Assembly (NCBI GenBank): GCA_043228905.1
Contig: JBHGNT010000010.1
Coordinates: 10,974,001-11,038,000, forward strand
DNA from: Azolla caroliniana
Taxonomy: Eukaryota; Plantae; Polypodiophyta
DNA: 64,000 nt
Reading direction: 5' to 3'
How positions within the stretch are numbered: the first letter of the stretch is position 1; every line of letters begins with the position of its first letter. Under the pieces are notes generated by a model, which saw only the letters and a list, made by a program, of their open reading frames with translations, was not told the DNA's origin and ran no database searches. The position numbers and the translations under genes are program-made. Of the stretch, positions 60,189 to 64,000 are shown piece by piece.

Positions 60189-60794
60189 TGATCCATTGCT
60201 TGCATGGAGTTTTGATATATAGAAGTATCAAGTGCAGCAGTTGAAATACTGAAACTGCTTATAAAAAAAGCATCACCTCTGTTTGCTGAGTAGATCTCAT
60301 TTCAAGATTTACTGATACAGAGTCAGAGAGAACCCCATGTAACATTCTAAATTGGCATATATCCCATTCCCTCAATTCCACTGGCTACAAGGCTTGTTAA
60401 TTACGTAAGTTTTGATGAATTGCTCTTCTCAAGTCTTCTCAAATTCACATATGTACTAATAACATGTAATCCTTTATCATTTTCAGTTTATGAAGAATTG
60501 GTGCTAATTAATTAACCTCTAGCCAACATAATGAGAACTAAGTGGTAGTCTAGTTGGTTTCTTGTTTGTAGCGAAGATAGTTATACTGTAATTCTCCGCT
60601 TGTGCTATTGTTTGCTTTAAATAGCCCATGTATTCTTAACTTTCTTAACTCATAGCTTTTGCTAAGGTTGCAACTTACATATATAAGTTTGTATAAGTTG
60701 CTCACTATGATACGCAACTTTATAGAAAAGGTTACTTCTTGTTGATGTTATAGGCCATAACTATTTAAAAAAATTTGTTTTCTCTTTTACATAT

Positions 60795-62774
60795 TGTGAA
60801 ATGCACATAAGAGACCAAAACCAGTCTACTTAGCTTCTTACTTCTTAATCGATTTATAGTTGATACAACGGAACCCATTTGGGTTGGCTTGGCTAAAAAG
60901 GGTGTGCTAAAAGGGTGGGTCAACTTGGGTACGTGCATCCTAAAAAGGGTGAGCTAAAAGGGTGGCACAAAGGAACACATGCACACCACATTTCCCCCCT
61001 GTGAGAAACAAGAGATTGAGGGGCATGAACAAGAACATGACAGGTACATGAACAAGAACAAGAACAATGGCTTGTCAAAGGAGGGGGAGCATCTGATAGC
61101 AGGTTTCAAATGGAAATCCATGGATTATTCTAGTGCGAGGCGAGGGTTACGCCCATAGAGTGCTCGAAAAGGGTTGATTTATGCAACCATCTCGTGTTTG
61201 AGGGTCTTGTTGAGGCGTTCGGTGAAGATGGCGTGGGGATGTAAACATCTACGGACACGTAGTTGAGTTGCAATGACGTTGAGGACATCCCCGTGGAACT
61301 GTTGGCCTTGATAGTTGGACGGGGCTAGTGACAGAAAACGAGCTAGCAATCGGCGAATAGAGATCAATCACTCTTGTGGACTGAGGGCCACCTGGACTTT
61401 GCTGAGGTGGGGGACAGGAGGGCTATCGTGTCGGAGGGGGATTGAGGAAAGATCATATGGCGGCGAAGATCAATTGCTCATGTGGACTGAGGTTTCAAAT
61501 GGATATCCATGGATGATTCTAGTGCGAGGCGAGGGTTACGCCCATAGAGTGTTCGAAAAGGGTTGATTTATGCAACCATCTCGTGTTTGAGGGTCTTGTT
61601 GAGGCGTTCGGTGAAGATGGCGTGGGGTCTACGGACATGTAGTTGAGTTGCAATAACGTTGAGGACATCCCCGTGGAACTGTTGGCCTTGATAGTTGGAC
61701 GGGGCTAGTGATAGAAAACGAGCTAGCAATCGGCGAATAGAGATCAATCACTCTTGTGGACTGAGAGCCACCTGGACTTTGCTGAGGTGGGGGACAGGAG
61801 GGCTATCGTGTCGGAGGGGGATTGAGGAAAGATCATATGGCGGCGAAGATCAATCGCTCCTGTGGACTGAGGTTTCAAATGGAAATCCATGGATGATTCT
61901 AGTGCGAGGCGAGGGTTACGCCCATAGAGTGCTCGAAAAGGGTTGATTTATGCAACCATCTCGTGTTTGAGGGTCTTGTTGAGGCGTTCGGTGAAGATGG
62001 CGTGGGGATGTAAACATCTGGGAACACATAATTGAGTTGCAATGACGTTGAGGACATCCCCGTGGAACTGTTGGCCTTGATAGTTGGACGGGGCTAGTGA
62101 TAGAAAACAAGCTAGCAATCGGCGAATAGAGATCAATCACTCTTGTGGACTGAGGGCCACCTGGACTTTGCTGAGGTGGGGGACAAGAAGGCTATCGTGT
62201 CGGAGGGGGATTGAGGAAAGATGATATGGCGGCGAAGATCAATCGCTCTTGTGAACTGAGGGCCACCTATTCTTGGTTGAGGTGAGGGACAGGAGGGCTA
62301 TCGTGTCGGAGGGGGATCGAGGAAAGATGATATGGCGGCGAAGATCAATCGCTCCTGTGGACTGAGGGCCACCTGGACTTGGCTAAGGTGGGGGACAGGA
62401 GGGCTATCGTGTCAGAGGGGGATCAGGGATCGTGTAGGAAGGGGATCGGAGAAACTTGTGGGACAAGAAGTTGAGGGGGAAGAGGTGGATGCTTGGATGT
62501 GGGGGACTGGTACCCCACATCTCCACCAATATGTGAAATGCACATAAGAGATCAAAACCAGTCTACTTAGCTTCTTACTTCTTAATCGATTTATAGTTGA
62601 TACAACGGAACCCATTTGGGTTGGCTTTGCTAAAAAGGGTGTGCTAAAAGGGTGGGTCATTTTGGGCACACGCATCCTAAAAAGGGTGTGCTAAAAGGGT
62701 GGGTCAACTTGGGTACGTGCATCCTAAAAAGGGTGAGCTAAAAGGGTGGCACAAAGGAACACATGCACACCACA
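60795..62774 (-). mobile_element. Non-autonomous LTR element copy 2; LTRs 60795-60990 and 62532-62774
   Basis: Same LTR, PBS and PPT family as copy 1, with ATAT on the left. Interior is three ~380-390-bp tandem units plus ~98-bp subrepeats. Confidence 0.9.
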
Positions 62775-63757
62775 TAAGAAGCTAACTAGACTGGTTTTGA
62801 CTCTGATGTGCATTTCACATATTGGTGGAGATGCGGGGTACCAGTCCCCCACGTCCAAGCATCCACCTCTTCCCCCTCACCTTAGTTTGCCCACTAACTT
62901 CTTGTCCCACGAGTTTCTCTGATCCCCCTCCTACACGATAGCCCTCCTGTCCCCCACGTCAACCAAGTCCAGGTGGCCCTCAGTCCACAAGAGCGATTGA
63001 TCTTCGCCGCCATATGATCTTTCCTCGATCCCCCTCCGACACGATAGCCCTCCTGTTCCCCACCTCAGCCAAGTCCAGGTGGCCCTCAGTCCACAAGAGC
63101 GATTGATCTTCGCCACCATATGATCTTTCCACGATCCCCCTCCGACACGATATCCCTCCTGTCCCCCACCTCAGCTAAGTCCAAGTGGCCCTCAGTCCAC
63201 AAGAGTGATTGATCTCTATTCGCCGATTGATAGCTCGTTTTCCGTCACTAACCCCATCCAACTATCAAGGCCAACAAATCCACGGGGGATGTCCTCAACG
63301 TCGTTGCAACTCAACTACGTGTCCGTAGATGTTTACATCCCCACACCATCTTCACCGAATGCCTCAACAAGACCCTCAAGCAAGAGGTTGCCGCACACCA
63401 ATAAGCCCTTTTAGAGCACTCTATGGGTGTGATCCTCACCTCCCACCAGAATCGTCCATTGACGTCCATTCTGAACCTGCCAACATGCCACCCTAGGCCT
63501 ATCTTCTGACCCCCATCCTTTCCCCGTGTTGTAAACCTCCTTGTTTCTCTCAGGGGGGAAATGTGGTGTGCATGTATGCCTTTGTGCCACTCTTTTAGCA
63601 CACCCTTTTTAGGATGCAAGTACCTAAGCTGACCCACCCTTTTAGCATACCCTTTTAAGCTAAGCCAACCCAAATGGGTACCTTTGTATAAACTATAAAT
63701 TGAGTAAGAAGTAAGAAGCTAACTAGACTGGTTTTGATCTCTTATGTGCATTTCACA
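62775..63757 (+). mobile_element. Non-autonomous LTR element copy 3 (5' LTR truncated 62775-62819, PBS 62823-62840, 3' LTR 63562-63757)
   Basis: PBS TGGTGGAGATGCGGGGTA is the 18-nt complement of the plant tRNA-Ala 3' end (from memory). PPT AGGGGGGAAA, ATAT on the right. Interior homologous to copy 2. Confidence 0.9.
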
Positions 63758-64000
63758 ATATGAATGCAATATCTTATCTTGCAATTGGTTGAACTAATGT
63801 GAAACGAATATAAATAGACATTGAAAGAGTATTTATTTGTTTAAATCCTCTTTCTTTTCAAAGGTAATCTAATGATGACCCTTAATATACTGAACAAATT
63901 AAGTTGTCCTCGCTTCTTGAGGTTTCATCCATGGCTCCATTAGCACTTACGTGTACTATAATTCCTTAGCTTCATGAAAAAGATAGTTCTAGAATTTGGA

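Noticed and set aside
61179-63119. Repeated 60-83 aa ORFs in TRIM-like interiors
   Set aside because: They arise from tandem units, are broken by indels between copies and show no recognisable domain.
60795-63757. DNA transposon with 200-bp TIRs
   Set aside because: The inverted ends are LTRs with adjacent PPTs and internal PBSs. The same sequence occurs as direct repeats in copies 1 and 2.

Overview
Eukaryotic plant genomic DNA, probably from a non-seed land plant such as a fern (inferred from the retroelement types). About 3.5-55 kb is a nest of LTR retrotransposons. On the left, Ty1/copia elements are stacked B>C>D>E. In the middle are Tcn1/Tf1-like chromoviral Ty3/gypsy elements (G>H>solo LTR) and non-chromoviral gypsy elements (F, J). 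On the right are further copia elements (I, K, L). Most insertions have readable LTRs, PBS, PPT and TSDs. The only clearly intact host gene is a 3-exon Delta7-sterol C5-desaturase (STE1/DWF7 family, 57706-59784, +). It is flanked on both sides by a non-coding LTR family with a tRNA-Ala PBS and ATAT target sites. Best second-look items: (1) antisense tRNA-shaped A/B-box modules in the LTRs of three gypsy families; (2) Tf1-type self-priming in G and H with a compensatory base change; (3) heat-shock-element arrays beside their TATA boxes; (4) a conserved G_UUA_AAC plus hairpin -1 frameshift signal; (5) strong CCGG/CCG bias in the young copia elements; (6) evidence that G is an ectopic-recombination chimera; (7) a long hairpin in STE1 intron 1. 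All coordinates were read by eye and no searches were run.
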